A DNA stretch of 64,000 bases. Source: Eledone cirrhosa (Eukaryota). Below the pieces are notes generated by a model. The model had not been told where the DNA came from. It ran no database searches and was given only the letters and a program-made list of their open reading frames with translations. Positions 44,512-57,143 of this stretch are shown piece after piece (positions within the stretch are counted from its first letter, which is position 1; each line of letters starts with the position of its first letter). Position numbers and translations under genes: made by a program. The stretch lies in assembly GCA_964016885.1 (NCBI GenBank), contig OZ024749.1:31558001-31622000 (forward strand). Direction: 5' to 3'.

Positions 44512-44512
<1 letters not shown>
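44121..44512 (+). mobile_element. Second R4/Dong-like RLE retrotransposon 3' end
   Basis: LSKYKDLEIEI.KMW...IPVVVGALG...IQKIVLMGTAHI, followed by a short UTR and (TAA)n. Confidence 0.8.
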
Positions 44513-44555
<43 letters not shown>

Positions 44556-44756
44556 TGTTTCTACTTTTAGCACAAGGCCGGCATTTATCCCAGTGCATTA
44601 CTGGTACTTTATTTTATCGACCCCATAAGGATGAAAGCCAAAGTTAACCTCGGTGGAATCACTAAAGAAAAAAACTGAAGGGATAACAGGAATAGAAATT
44701 GTAATGAATATATATATATATATATAGTGACGAAACATATATATATATATATATAC

Positions 44757-45124
44757 TCACTCAGATGGCGGATGGGTGCTACACGAGAATGCTGAGGATG
44801 GCTCTGAACATTAATCAGTATACATTGAGGATGAAAAACTCAGAGCTGTATGGGAGCCTCCCAAAAGTCAGCTCACAAGTGACACAGAGGAGACTGAGGT
44901 TAGCTGGACATGCTCACCGACATCCGGAGTTGACATTGCACTCAGTGCTCCTGTGGGGGCCCCTACATGGACACACTGGAAGAGGAAGACCAAGCTTAAC
45001 GTATGTTGATGCCCTAAGGACAGACACTGGTCTGTTGGAGACGCAGGACATGGCAGCGATAATGAGGGACAGAGACCGCTGGAGAGAACTCGTCCATGTA
45101 TCTCGGGAATTTTACCCGCTCTAG
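44757..45124 (+). mobile_element. RTE-like LINE 3' fragment in (TA)n
   Basis: DGCYTRMLRMALNI...RRLRLAGH..RH...GRGRP...DRDRWRELV, the typical RTE-clade C-terminus. The stop abuts (TA)n. Confidence 0.78.
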
Positions 45125-45187
<63 letters not shown>

Positions 45188-45473
45188 AAGTAAAAAATGA
45201 CGATAATATGTAAATAACGACCGATGCTCAAATAATGGGGAAAATGTATTTTAGAGTAATTCCAGGCAGAAAACCGACACAAAACACCGGGTTACCCTGT
45301 TTTCTCACGGACATTGAAAGTGTCCTTTTCCTTGTTCCTTTCTCCCAACTTTCATAAAAAAACTCTAGAAGGCAACAGCTCGTTCTCTACCTTTACCTTC
45401 CTCCTCTAGTGGAACGTAAAGAAGTTAAAAAGGGCTTGGCTAGTGTGGAAGGTTCCTGTCAGCAATCCTTTTT

Positions 45474-45750
45474 GGTAAATCCACCGTACAGCTTTCTTTT
45501 CCATAGCTACGAAGCAGGTAGTTTCTGCGGCGGGTAGATTACCATCTTACGTAATCAACTATGAAAAAAAAATTGGCGACAAATATTGCCAAAAGTAAAA
45601 TCTCACCAACGGAGAAAAGATTTATCTAGAAGCCTATGAAATGAGGTTGATGACAACGACAATAGGGTGACAGCCATGATGGTGTTGGTGATGATGTCTT
45701 TATTGTTGATGATAACAAGGATGTAGATGATGATGATAATGATGATGAAA

Positions 45751-45807
<57 letters not shown>

Positions 45808-46089
45808 TGGATGATATAATCCTTTTAGGTGAATCCACCATACAGCTTTCTTTTCCATAGCTACGAAGCAGCTAGTTTCTACGGCGGATAGATTATCATC
45901 TTACGTAATCAACGACGAAAAAAATTAGCGACAAATATCGCCAAAAGTAAACAGAATTTTAAAAATCTCACCAACGGAGAAAAGATTTGCCTAGAAGCCT
46001 ATAAAATGAGGTTGATGACAACGACTAGGGTGACAGCCATGATGGTGTTGGTGATGATGTCTTTATTGTTGATGATAACAAGGATGTAA

Positions 46090-46122
<33 letters not shown>

Positions 46123-46150
46123 TTAATGATGATGATAATGATGATGATAA
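45474..46150. repeat. About 350-bp tandem duplication ending in (GAT)n
   Basis: ggt[a/g]aatccacc...ccatagctacgaagcag...gataacaaggatgta(gat)n occurs twice, from about 45474 and about 45828. Confidence 0.85.
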
Positions 46151-46407
46151 TTGTTTCTACTTTTTGGCACAAAGCCAGCAATTACCCAGTGTATTACTGG
46201 TACTTTATTTTATCGACCCTGTAAGGATGAAAGGCAAAGTTAATCTCGGCGGGATTTGAACTCAATCGTAAAGGGACGTAACTACGCTGGAAAGCATGGC
46301 GTCCGACCCTCTACTAATACTGCCAATTCACCACCCTTAATGATGACGATGATGATGATAATGATGATAATAATGATGATGATGATGGTGAAGATGATGA
46401 TGATATA

Positions 46408-46454
<47 letters not shown>

Positions 46455-46468
46455 CGCTGATGATGATT

Positions 46469-46504
<36 letters not shown>

Positions 46505-46512
46505 GTGATTCT

Positions 46513-46547
<35 letters not shown>

Positions 46548-47089
46548 TTCTTCTCCTCCTCCTCCTCCTTCTTCTTCTTCTTCTTCTTCTTCTTCTTCTT
46601 CTACTCCTCCTTCTCCTCCTCCTCCTTCTTCTTCTTCTTCTTCTTCTTCTTCTTCTTCTTCTTCTTCTTCTTCTTCTTCTTCTTCTTCTTCTTCTTCTTC
46701 TTCTTCTGCTTCTCATTGACATTACCAATCCTTATTCTTTCCTTTCCATATTTGCATCCTTTATTTTTTTCCCTCCCTCCTTATACAAATGCCTTTTGAC
46801 CACAGAATCACAGATGTGGTTAATCTTTTGTCTGCCATATTTCCCCACTAAATGCTGACAATATTTGGATAAAACCGTTTTCACAGCTTTTGGCTGCTTT
46901 TTTTGTTTTTATGTCATTTTCAATTTTCTTTTTGTTACTATTTGTTATTTTTGTAATATGCTTTTTTTATTCATTTTTGTTTTCATTATTGGTTGGGCTG
47001 TGGAATTGTGGGATTAAAATGTTGGCGTAAAATTTGTCAATAGCACAATGTTGATACAGAAGACACGTTCCAAGCAGGAGAAAAAAAAT

Positions 47090-48360
47090 TAATAATTATC
47101 CTCCGTCAACTCCACCACCACCTCCACCATCAATTCCACCAATAATTCCTCCGCCAACTCCACCACTAACTCCACCATCAATTCCACCAATAATTCCTCC
47201 GCCAACTCCACCACCACCTCCACCATCAATTCCAACAATAATTCTTCCGCCAACTCCACCACCACCTCCACCATCAATTCCACCAATAATTCCTCCGCCA
47301 ACTCCACCACCACCTCCACCATCAATTCCACCAATAATTCCTCCACCAACTCCACCACTAACTCCACCATCAATTCCACCAATAATTCCTCCGCCAACTC
47401 CACCACCACCTCCACCATCAATTCCACCAATAATTCTTCCGCCAACTCCACCACCACCTCCACCATCAATTCCACCAATAATTCCTCCGCCAACTCCACC
47501 ACCACCTCCACCATCAATTCCACCAATAATTCCTCCACCAACTCCACCACCACCTCCACCATCAATTCCACCAATAATTCCTCCGCCAACTCCACCACCA
47601 CCTCCACCATCAATTCCACCAATAATTCCTCCGCCAACTCCACCACCACCTCCACCATCAATTCCACCAATAATTCCTCCACCAACTCCACCACCACCTC
47701 CACCATCAATTCCACCAATAATTCCTCCGCCAACTCCACCACCACCTCCACCATCAATTCCACCAATAATTCCTCCGCCAACTCCACCACCACCTTCACC
47801 ATCAATTCCACCAATAATTCCTCCACCAACTCCACCACCACCTCCACCATCAATTCCACCAATAATTCTTCCGCCAACTCCACCACCTCCACCATCAATT
47901 CCACCAATAATTCCTCCGCCAACTCCACCACCACCTTCACCATCAATTCCACCAATAATTCTTCCGCCAACTCCACCACCACCTCCACCATCAATTCCAC
48001 CAATAATTCTTCCGCCAACTCCACCACCACCTCCACCATCAATTCCACCAATAATTCTTCCGCCAACTCCACCACCACCTCCACCATCAATTCCACCAAT
48101 AATTCCTCCGCCAACTCCACCACCACCTCCACCATCAATTCCACCAATAATTCCTCCGCCAACTCTACCACCTCCACCATCAACACCACCAATAATTCCT
48201 CCGCCAACTCCACCACCACCTCCACCATCAACACCACCAATAATTCCTCCGCCAACTCCACCACCACCTCCACCATCAACTCCACCAATAATTCCTCCGC
48301 CAACTCCACCACCTCCACCATCAATTCCACCAATAATTCCTCCACCAACTCCACCACCTC
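47090..48360. repeat. 48-bp minisatellite, about 26 copies
   Basis: Unit aataattcctccgccaactccaccaccacctccaccatcaattccacc. Grades into a degenerate ACC-rich higher-order repeat at 48360-49440. Confidence 0.95.
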
Positions 48361-49372
48361 CAACAACAAGTCCTCCACCGATTCCACTACCATCAACTCA
48401 ACACCACCACCAACTCCTCCACCAATTCCATCACCATCAATTTCATCACCAATTCTACCACTACCTACACCACCAACACCATCACCACCGCCACTACCAA
48501 CACCATCACCAACTCCACCACTAATTCCACCATCAAATCTACCACCATCTACACCAACACTACAACCACCACCACCAACACTACAACCACCACCACCAAC
48601 ACTACCACCAACACTACAACCACCACCACCACCACCACCAACACTACAACCACCACCACCAACACTACCACCAACTCCACCACCAATTCCACCATCAAAT
48701 CTACCACCATCTACACCAACACTACCACCACCACCACCAACACTACAACCACCATCACAACCACCACCACCAACACTACCACCAACTCCACCACCAATTC
48801 CACCATCAAATCTACCACCATCTACACCAACACTACCACCACCACCACCAACACTACCACCAACACTACAACCACCACCACAAACACTACAACCACCACC
48901 ACAACCACCACCACCAACACTACCACCAACTCCACCACCAATTCCACCATCAAATCTACCACCATCTACACCAACACTACCACCACCACCACCAACACTA
49001 CAACCACCACCACAACCACCACCACCAACACTACCACCAACTCCACCACCAATTCCACCATCAAATCTACCACCATCTACACCAACACTACCACCACCAC
49101 CACCAATACTACAACCACCACCACCAACACTACCACCAACTCCACCACCAATTCCACAACCAACACGACATCAATTCCACCACCATCTCCACCATCAACT
49201 CCTCCACCATCTCCACCACCACCTCCACCACCACTTCCACCAACCCTACCACCAATTCCACCACCATCTCCACCATCAACTCCACCACCATCTCCACCAC
49301 AAACTCCACAACCGTTAAAAAAATCTTTACAACAATTCTGCCATCATTTGCACCACCACCACCACCACCACC

Positions 49373-49441
<69 letters not shown>

Positions 49442-49608
49442 AGCAACATCAGGAACAGCATCAATATTACTCCCAGATCCACCACAATTTTAAAATAACC
49501 ACCGCAACAACGAAAGAGGCTCTGATGATATGAATCTATATATCTATCTCTATATATATATATCTATATGTCTGTTTGTTTGTTTGGTTATCTATCTATA
49601 TATCTATC

Positions 49609-51063
49609 TTGGAGGTTACGAACAGGGTGTTTGCACTGACCCAGAAGTGGGCCAGTTGCAAACTATCCCTGAAAGGTCGGGCGGAGGTGGCGAACACCTA
49701 CATAGCGTCCGTCATCTACTACCGCCTGACCGTAGTGCCCTGCCCAAGGGAAACCCTCACCAAGATGGAGCGCGCGCTCTTCCAATTCCTTTGGAAGAGG
49801 CGGGCTCCTATGGTGAGGAGATCCATATGCTGTCAACACCCTTCGAAAGGAGGGCTGGGGATGCCGTGGCTAATGATGCGTAAACACGCATTAAGGCTAC
49901 GGCACCTCTACGTATTCCTCACCGGACAACCGGTGTGGGCCTCGTTTGTGAGACGAACCTTTCCCAGACTCGTCTCACTCACCGAGCTGCAATCCTGGGT
50001 CAAGCAAAGACCGAGAAAACTGGGCGCCTGGCACACTGTGTGTGCCCAGGCCCTCACCGCCCTCTGGCAGGCGGATCCGGTTATCAGTGGAGACTCCACC
50101 GCAACATTCTATAGAGGGCTGGTACGCAGCAGGTGCGACGACGCCCTCGGAGAAGCCCTAGACATGGAGGAGGACGAACTGGCCGGCCTGTTCGGTAGGA
50201 CATTCAGCCCGGGACCTATGGACAACTTCCAGAAGTCCCTGGCCTGGCAGTGCTACCGAGGAGCCTTACCCGTTCGAGAAAGGCTCTACAGACACGGGCG
50301 CCCGGGTAGTAACCCCGCCAAAAAGATCTGTCCCAGATGCGTGTGCGACGAGGAAACCGTTGCACACGCATTGGTACACTGCTCGGGCGTAGCCGATCTG
50401 TGGGGCTATGTCGAACAACTGCTGTCAAGGGTGGGACCGATCCGGTTGACCACCGAGTCTATTGTAATGATCAAGCCGCCTCCCCCCTTCAAAGATGAAG
50501 CAGAGGCGGTGTTTCTGTGCGTAATAGCCATGGCGAAAGAGGTTGTATGGTGGACGCGTCTGAAAGGACTGAGGTCAGGCACCTTTCTCTCTGGCCAACA
50601 ACTGGTCCGTTTCTTCCGATATCATTTCGGAAGAAGGATCAGGATGGAGAGAGAGGTGCTGCACCCCAGTCGTTTTTATGAAAGGTGGGTGAAAGTGGCG
50701 AGAATGGCCCGTGTGAATGGGCCTTCTCTTTACATGAGCCTGTAGGTGGAAAAGAGGAAGGAACGAGGGAGCACCCCCTCTCTGTGCTCCTGAGGAAAAG
50801 GGTTGCACACTTTTTTCGGGGGTGTGTGCGACCCCCCAAGACGCTTCCTCTCTATTGAGGATTTTGTTATAAATTTTATTTTTTGTTATATTTTATAACA
50901 AAACCCTCTATTGAGGATTTTGTTATAATTCTATTTTTTGTTATATTTTATTTTATTTTTATATATTGTTATTGCCTCCTCCCTATTGAGGACGCCTTGT
51001 TTTGTAAACTCCCCCCATTGTACTTGTCCCACTTTTGATGCCCTTGTGGCAAATAAAAGAAAC
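49609..51063 (+). mobile_element. 5'-truncated Tx1/L1-clade LINE (ORF2 C-terminus with zinc finger, plus 3' UTR) in (TATC)n
   Basis: Uninterrupted frame to stop at 50745 with LSLKGR, FLW, KGGLG and CPRC...ETVAHALVHC. GC-rich. Ends cccttgtggcaaataaaagaaa, with (TATC)n on both sides. Confidence 0.88.
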
Positions 51064-51089
51064 ATATCTATCTAGAAATCTATCTAGAA

Positions 51090-51138
<49 letters not shown>

Positions 51139-51266
51139 ACTATCTATCTAAATGAATAAAAATAAATATGTATTTATTCATATATATATATTTCTTTATG
51201 TGTATATACATATTTATTTATATGTATATGAGTTTATATATCTCTCTATATAGATCTATATTTGAC

Positions 51267-51300
<34 letters not shown>

Positions 51301-51493
51301 CATTTAGGTTCGTTAGTTCACCACTGGATAGAACTGGTCATTCCGTATGCTCAACCTCGATGTAATATTAGGGAGAGCACTTGACGTAATGCAACTCACC
51401 CGTCTTCGTTTGTGTTGTTGGTGTTGCGAGTACGGAGTTAATTATTATAAAATAACAGGTGTCTGGACTGGTGTAATTCCTTAAAGGTTTATT

Positions 51494-51551
51494 ATACTAT
51501 GAACATTTCAATGACCGGGTTCAGTGTGAATCCGGTGACATCATCAGGTAT
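51494..51551 (-). ncRNA. Type I hammerhead ribozyme, sense to dsf intron 2
   Basis: atac-CTGATGA-tgtc-accggattca-cac-tgaacccggt-catt-GAAA-tgttca-TA-gtat. Confidence 0.7.
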
Positions 51552-51600
51552 TCGAAATTTAACAAAGGAATATAATCCATGGGGCTAAAAAAGCAGAGAG

Positions 51601-51678
51601 ACAAGAAGGCGGCCACACATTTAACAGTTTCTAGTTCGGTCGGCCACCTAGGTGTTATTTTATAATATATATATTTTA

Positions 51679-51723
<45 letters not shown>

Positions 51724-51752
51724 CCGTCTGGTTCCTTACCACATTTCCTTTG

Positions 51753-51784
<32 letters not shown>

Positions 51785-51814
51785 CAAAGGAAATGTGGTA
51801 AGGAACCAGATGGA

Positions 51815-51864
<50 letters not shown>

Positions 51865-52204
51865 GGTATAGAAAACATTGTAGCAAAAAGCCAACAGTAT
51901 TCCATAGTATATAAGTGACTATAGCGTCAAAATGGGAAAAATAGTTAACGTAAGATGTGGGGAAAATAATTCAAACTCATCTCAGAGAATCAGGATATAG
52001 ATTCATCCACAGAATTTAGTGAAATCCAGGGAAAAATCAATAGAGCCTTAACTCATGATAAAATAAAGTTTAAAATACTCATCTTTCAATTTGGAAAAAC
52101 TTCAATAAATATATATATATAAATAATAAAATATATATATTATAAAATAACGCCTAGTCGGCCGACCGAACTAGAAACTGGTAAATGTGTGGCCGCCTTC
52201 TTGT
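51601..52204. repeat. Inverted pair 51601-51668 / 52136-52204 enclosing nested TA-inserted elements
   Basis: acaagaaggcggccacacattt...taggtgttattttata versus tataaaataacgcctag...aaatgtgtggccgccttcttgt. The left copy is contiguous with the hammerhead element at about 51303-51668. Confidence 0.75.
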
Positions 52205-52667
52205 TTCTTGTCCCAGAGTACTCAATACTTAGAGTAGTAGAGTGGGAAATAGGAAAAAGTATGACCCTGACGGCAGAGCTCAAGCCGTTTTGACGGCTAT
52301 TTCTGGACTGAGTCCAGAAATAGCCGTCGAAACGGCTTGAGCTCTGCCGTCGGGGTCATACTTTTTCCTATATATATATATATGTATATGTGTATATGTA
52401 TATATATATATATATGTATATGTGTCTAAATACCTATATATCTGTATATCTGTATATCTATATGTCTGTCTGTCAAGCTATCTCTATATCACGACTTCTA
52501 TCATTATCCTTGACATTTTTAGAAAGAATATACTTTTCATGCCTTTCCTCTTTTCCCTCTCTTCTCTGTCTCTCTCTCTCCCCCCTCTCTCTCATTCACT
52601 CTTTCTTTCTCACGCTCTCACATTCCTGCTCACATCTACTCTCTCTCTCTCTCTCGCCCTCTCTCTC

Positions 52668-52964
52668 TCTGATTCACTCTGTCCTTCTCACCCTCACACA
52701 TACATGCTCACTCCGTCTCTCTCTCTCTCTCTGATTCACTCTGTCCTTCTCACCCTCACACATACATGCTCACTCCTTCTCTCTCTCTCTCTCTCTGATT
52801 CACTCTGTCCTTCTCACCCTCACACATACATGCTCACTCCTTCTCTCTCTCTCTCTCTGATTCACTCTGTCCTTCTCACCCTCACACATACATGCTCACT
52901 CCTTCTCTCTCTCTCTCCCTGATTTACTCTGTACTTCTCACCCTCACACATATATGGTCACTCC

Positions 52965-52970
<6 letters not shown>
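52668..52970. repeat. About 62-bp tandem repeat with (CT)n linker, 5 copies
   Basis: ctgattcactctgtccttctcaccctcacacatacatgctcactcc(tc)n. Confidence 0.9.
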
Positions 52971-53024
<54 letters not shown>

Positions 53025-53185
53025 ATCCCCTCTCTTTCTCTCTATCTCTCTATGCTCGCCTCGTCCTTATCGTTCGTGATCCTCCATTTTTACCGTAAAC
53101 ATATATTCAATGTCATCACTATGTGAAATATAGAAAGAAAATGGCGACTTACCGTCAGAAATATAGAAAGAAAATGGCGACTTAC

Positions 53186-53266
53186 CGTCACAGCTATAGA
53201 TACCGTAATGTTTGCCAGAGCTGCGATCTCCACATACACGACAAGGAATGTCTAGAAGACGATCGC
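53186..53266 (-). CDS. dsf: Exon 2, first C4 zinc finger ([28 protein letters not shown])
   Basis: ttcag| acceptor, G|gtaagt donor, 81 nt, phase 1-1. NR2E-type finger with P-box CDGCSG completed by exon 3. Confidence 0.95.
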
Positions 53267-54296
53267 CTGAAAGGATAAACAACAAACAACAAATGGTTAT
53301 TTAGAAATAGAAGTCCACAACTACACATAACTTAATTAGTAGCATTTGCAATCAAAGGATACTAAGCGTTTCTGATTGAGGCAGAAAGTCAACAATTTTG
53401 GTGGAGAGTTAATTAATGGCTTCTTATATAGGCACAAGGTCAGCAATGTTTTTTTTGGGGGGGGGGGGGGGGGGGGTCAATTAAATCGAACCCAGTACGT
53501 GACTGGTAGTTTATTATATCGACCCCGTAAGGATAGAAAGACAAAGTTAACCTCAGCGGGATTTGAACTCAGATCATAAAGGGCCGTAATTCTATGCAGC
53601 AAAGCATGGCGCCTGACCCTCTACCGATACTGCTAAACCACAGACCTCTGGAGAGTTAATTAATAAAAATAGTCATCTTATTTCAATATCAGCCACGAAG
53701 CTTACAGAAATATAATAGATCATGAAACCATTGCTTGCGAATGTCATACCATAGTCTGTACGAATTATAAATACGTATATATACATACAGGCGCAAACAA
53801 GCACACACACAGGCTTGGTGCTACGCTCGGGATTTTACCTCTCTCTGTATATATATATATAAAAGAAAATGTGATAAGATACCAGGTGGCCCATAACACA
53901 CCAGAGTACTCGTTACTGAGGGTAGTAGAGTGTGTAATGTGAAAAGAGTCAGGACCCCACGACTGAGCTGCCGCCGTTTCGACAGCTAAATCCGAACTAA
54001 GCCAACATACATTTAAAAAATGCTCAGATCTATTCTTTAGAATATTTCAGCTCTACAGAGGATATGGCGCAAGTCTTAACATCTATGAATTTGGTAGTAT
54101 TATATATATATATATATAACGTAAGTATGCTAGAAAGCATGGTTGGACGCCATGCTTTCTAGCATAGTTACGTCCCTTTACAGTCTGAGTTCAAATCCCG
54201 CCCAGGTTATCTTTGCCTTTCATCCTTACGGGGTCGATAAAATAAAGTACCAGTAATGTACTGGTTAATTGCTGACCTTGTGTCTAAAGTAGAAAC

Positions 54297-54360
<64 letters not shown>

Positions 54361-54535
54361 AAAATGATTTCTACAATACTATAACAGTTTCATTCGTTAG
54401 AAATCAACAAGTAAGTACTACCCTGGAGATTTCTTACGAATGAAACAGATTTAGTCCTGTAGAAGTCAATTCTATAATTGAATAAAGATTCCTTTACTAA
54501 CGTTTCGAATAGCTTTTATAACTGTGGTCACCTCC

Positions 54536-54584
<49 letters not shown>

Positions 54585-54742
54585 TAAATATACACGGGTG
54601 TGTATGATTGTGTATAGAAGATTATATTAATAAGAGGAATTCCAACTTTGTCTGATTTACTCGTATTATTTACAATCCTTTAAAATTTATAATGGTATTA
54701 TAATGAAATAGTATGATAGAATATTAAATGTTAAGTGTTAAT

Positions 54743-54781
54743 TGAACAAGTACTTTCATGCTTTCGCAATCTTCAGGTTCA
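54743..54781 (-). ncRNA. Minimal 39-nt type I hammerhead, sense to dsf intron 1
   Basis: tgaac-CTGAAGA-t-tgc-GAAA-gca-t-GAAA-gtac-TT-gttca. GNRA-capped stem II, self-complementary AAGTACTT at stem III. Confidence 0.72.
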
Positions 54782-55100
54782 TAATGTGTGGTGACAGTCA
54801 AGTTTGCAATTTTCAACTGTAATGAGATGGGTAAATTTTGTACCTTATATACAGTGAAAGGTGGCTCCAGAATGCTAAATCTTGCAAACTGTATTTCGAC
54901 CAATCGGTGTGTAGTTTCACTGAATTACTAAATCTGATTGGTTTAAGCGTCACGGTTGGGTGAGCATGTCTAACGACCAATAATTGATCCTATCCAAAGC
55001 ATCAATTGTTTTGCTATTTTTAGAAATGATGAAAATAGCATTTTCTAGTAATCATCACCATCAACATCACTTTTATTATTATTATTATTATTATTGTTGT

Positions 55101-55135
<35 letters not shown>

Positions 55136-55191
55136 AGTGGTCGTAGTCATAGTCATAGTAGAAGTAATACCCCTAAGAGTTATTATTGTTC

Positions 55192-55245
<54 letters not shown>

Positions 55246-55503
55246 CATAAGAATAAAGGAACAAAGAATCAGTGTTGCATCATAACATATTTAATAATAT
55301 ATTACATATGTTTCACTGTCGATCAGCTGGAGGAATTATGTATTATTGATTGAACCTGACTCTGGAATCGAAAGATCGTCAGATATGCCTCAGTATGTAC
55401 GCTCGTCTCAGATTTTGTGCGAATATCTCCAGTAACTTGTTATATTAAACACATTCTAACAACGCGGACGCAATTATCTTCCTATACACCTACACACACA
55501 CAC

Positions 55504-55554
<51 letters not shown>

Positions 55555-55980
55555 GAAACACACAGATACATATAATTGTCTCTACTTTAGGAACAAGGCC
55601 AGCAATTACCCAGTGCATTACTGGTACTTTATTTTATCGACCCCGTAAGGATGAAGGGCAAAGTCAACCTCGGCGGGATTTGAACTCAGATCGTAAAGGG
55701 ACGTAACTATGCTGGAAAGCATGGCGCCCGACCCTCTACTGATACTGCCAATCCACCGTTATATATATATATATATATATATAATACTACCAAATTTATA
55801 GATGTTCCTTACCACACTTTCTTTGTTATATATATATATATATGTATATATATATAACAAAGAAAGTGTGGTAAGGAACCAGGTGGAGCATAACCCACCA
55901 GAGTGCTCGATACTTAGGGTAGTAGAGTGGGTAATACGAAACAGCCGGAGCTCAGCCCTCGGGGTCCTGACTCTTTTCCT

Positions 55981-56030
<50 letters not shown>

Positions 56031-56032
<2 letters not shown>

Positions 56033-56221
56033 CGAAGGAAATGTGGTAAGGAACCAGATGGACCATAACGCACCAAAGTACTCAATACTTAGGGTAGTAG
56101 AGTGGGTAATAGGAACGAGTAGGACCCCGACGGCTGAGCTCAAGCCGTTTCGACGGCTAATTCTGTCCAGAATTAGCCGTCAAAACGGCTTGAGCTCAGC
56201 CGTCGGGGTCCTACTCGTTCC

Positions 56222-56223
<2 letters not shown>
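56031..56223 (-). mobile_element. Family B palindromic element, near-identical to 11422-11612 in opposite orientation
   Basis: aacgaaggaaatgtggtaaggaacc... tail followed by the gaccccgacggc...gccgtcggggtc palindrome, (TA)n on both sides. Confidence 0.8.
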
Positions 56224-56257
<34 letters not shown>

Positions 56258-56682
56258 ATATGAAATTTTGTGGGGTAAATTTAATGTGACGAAGCCTACT
56301 CGATCTAAAAGCAACTTAAAAATACCCAGGTTATTCTGGGTAACAAATAATGAAACATTACAGAAGAAGAAGAAGAAGAAGAAGAAGAAGAAGAAGAAGA
56401 AGAAGAAGAAGAAGAATGATTATGAAAATGATGATCATGATGAGAAGGAGGAGAAGGTGGAGTAGGAGGAGGAAGGGGGCTAGGCTGTCAGTCGAAACTT
56501 AAGATTCCAATAATTATTGTCTATTTCAAAGCTAGTGTGAAACTGCCCAAAGCTATGAAATGGTGCCATATTTATAAATGGCGTTACTATTGCAACCATT
56601 GTTATTGCTGTTTGTTATATCCCAGGGCTGTTTGATTTCTTGAATATTTCTTTATTATTCTTATTAGTTGTCATCATCACCA

Positions 56683-56713
<31 letters not shown>

Positions 56714-56765
56714 CATCATCACCATCATCATCATCATCACCATCACCACCATCATCATCATCATC

Positions 56766-56817
<52 letters not shown>

Positions 56818-56922
56818 CCATCACCACCATCATCATCATCATCATCATCATCATCACCATCACCACCATCATCACCACCACCATCATCATCATCATCATC
56901 ATCATCATATCATCACCATCAC

Positions 56923-56979
<57 letters not shown>

Positions 56980-57111
56980 TATTGTTCTTCTTACTATTGT
57001 TCCCTCTGACGTCACTCTTGGTCTGTGGTTTTGTGGTCTTTGTTAACTTTGTTGTTATGGTCATTGTTGTTGTTATAGTTGTTGGTGTCTGTGCTGATGA
57101 TATAGTAATTG

Positions 57112-57143
<32 letters not shown>

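Noticed and set aside
47089-48396. 435-aa ELLVELMVEVV ORF
   Set aside because: Stop-free frame of a 48-bp minisatellite inside intron 2; no unique coding flanks.
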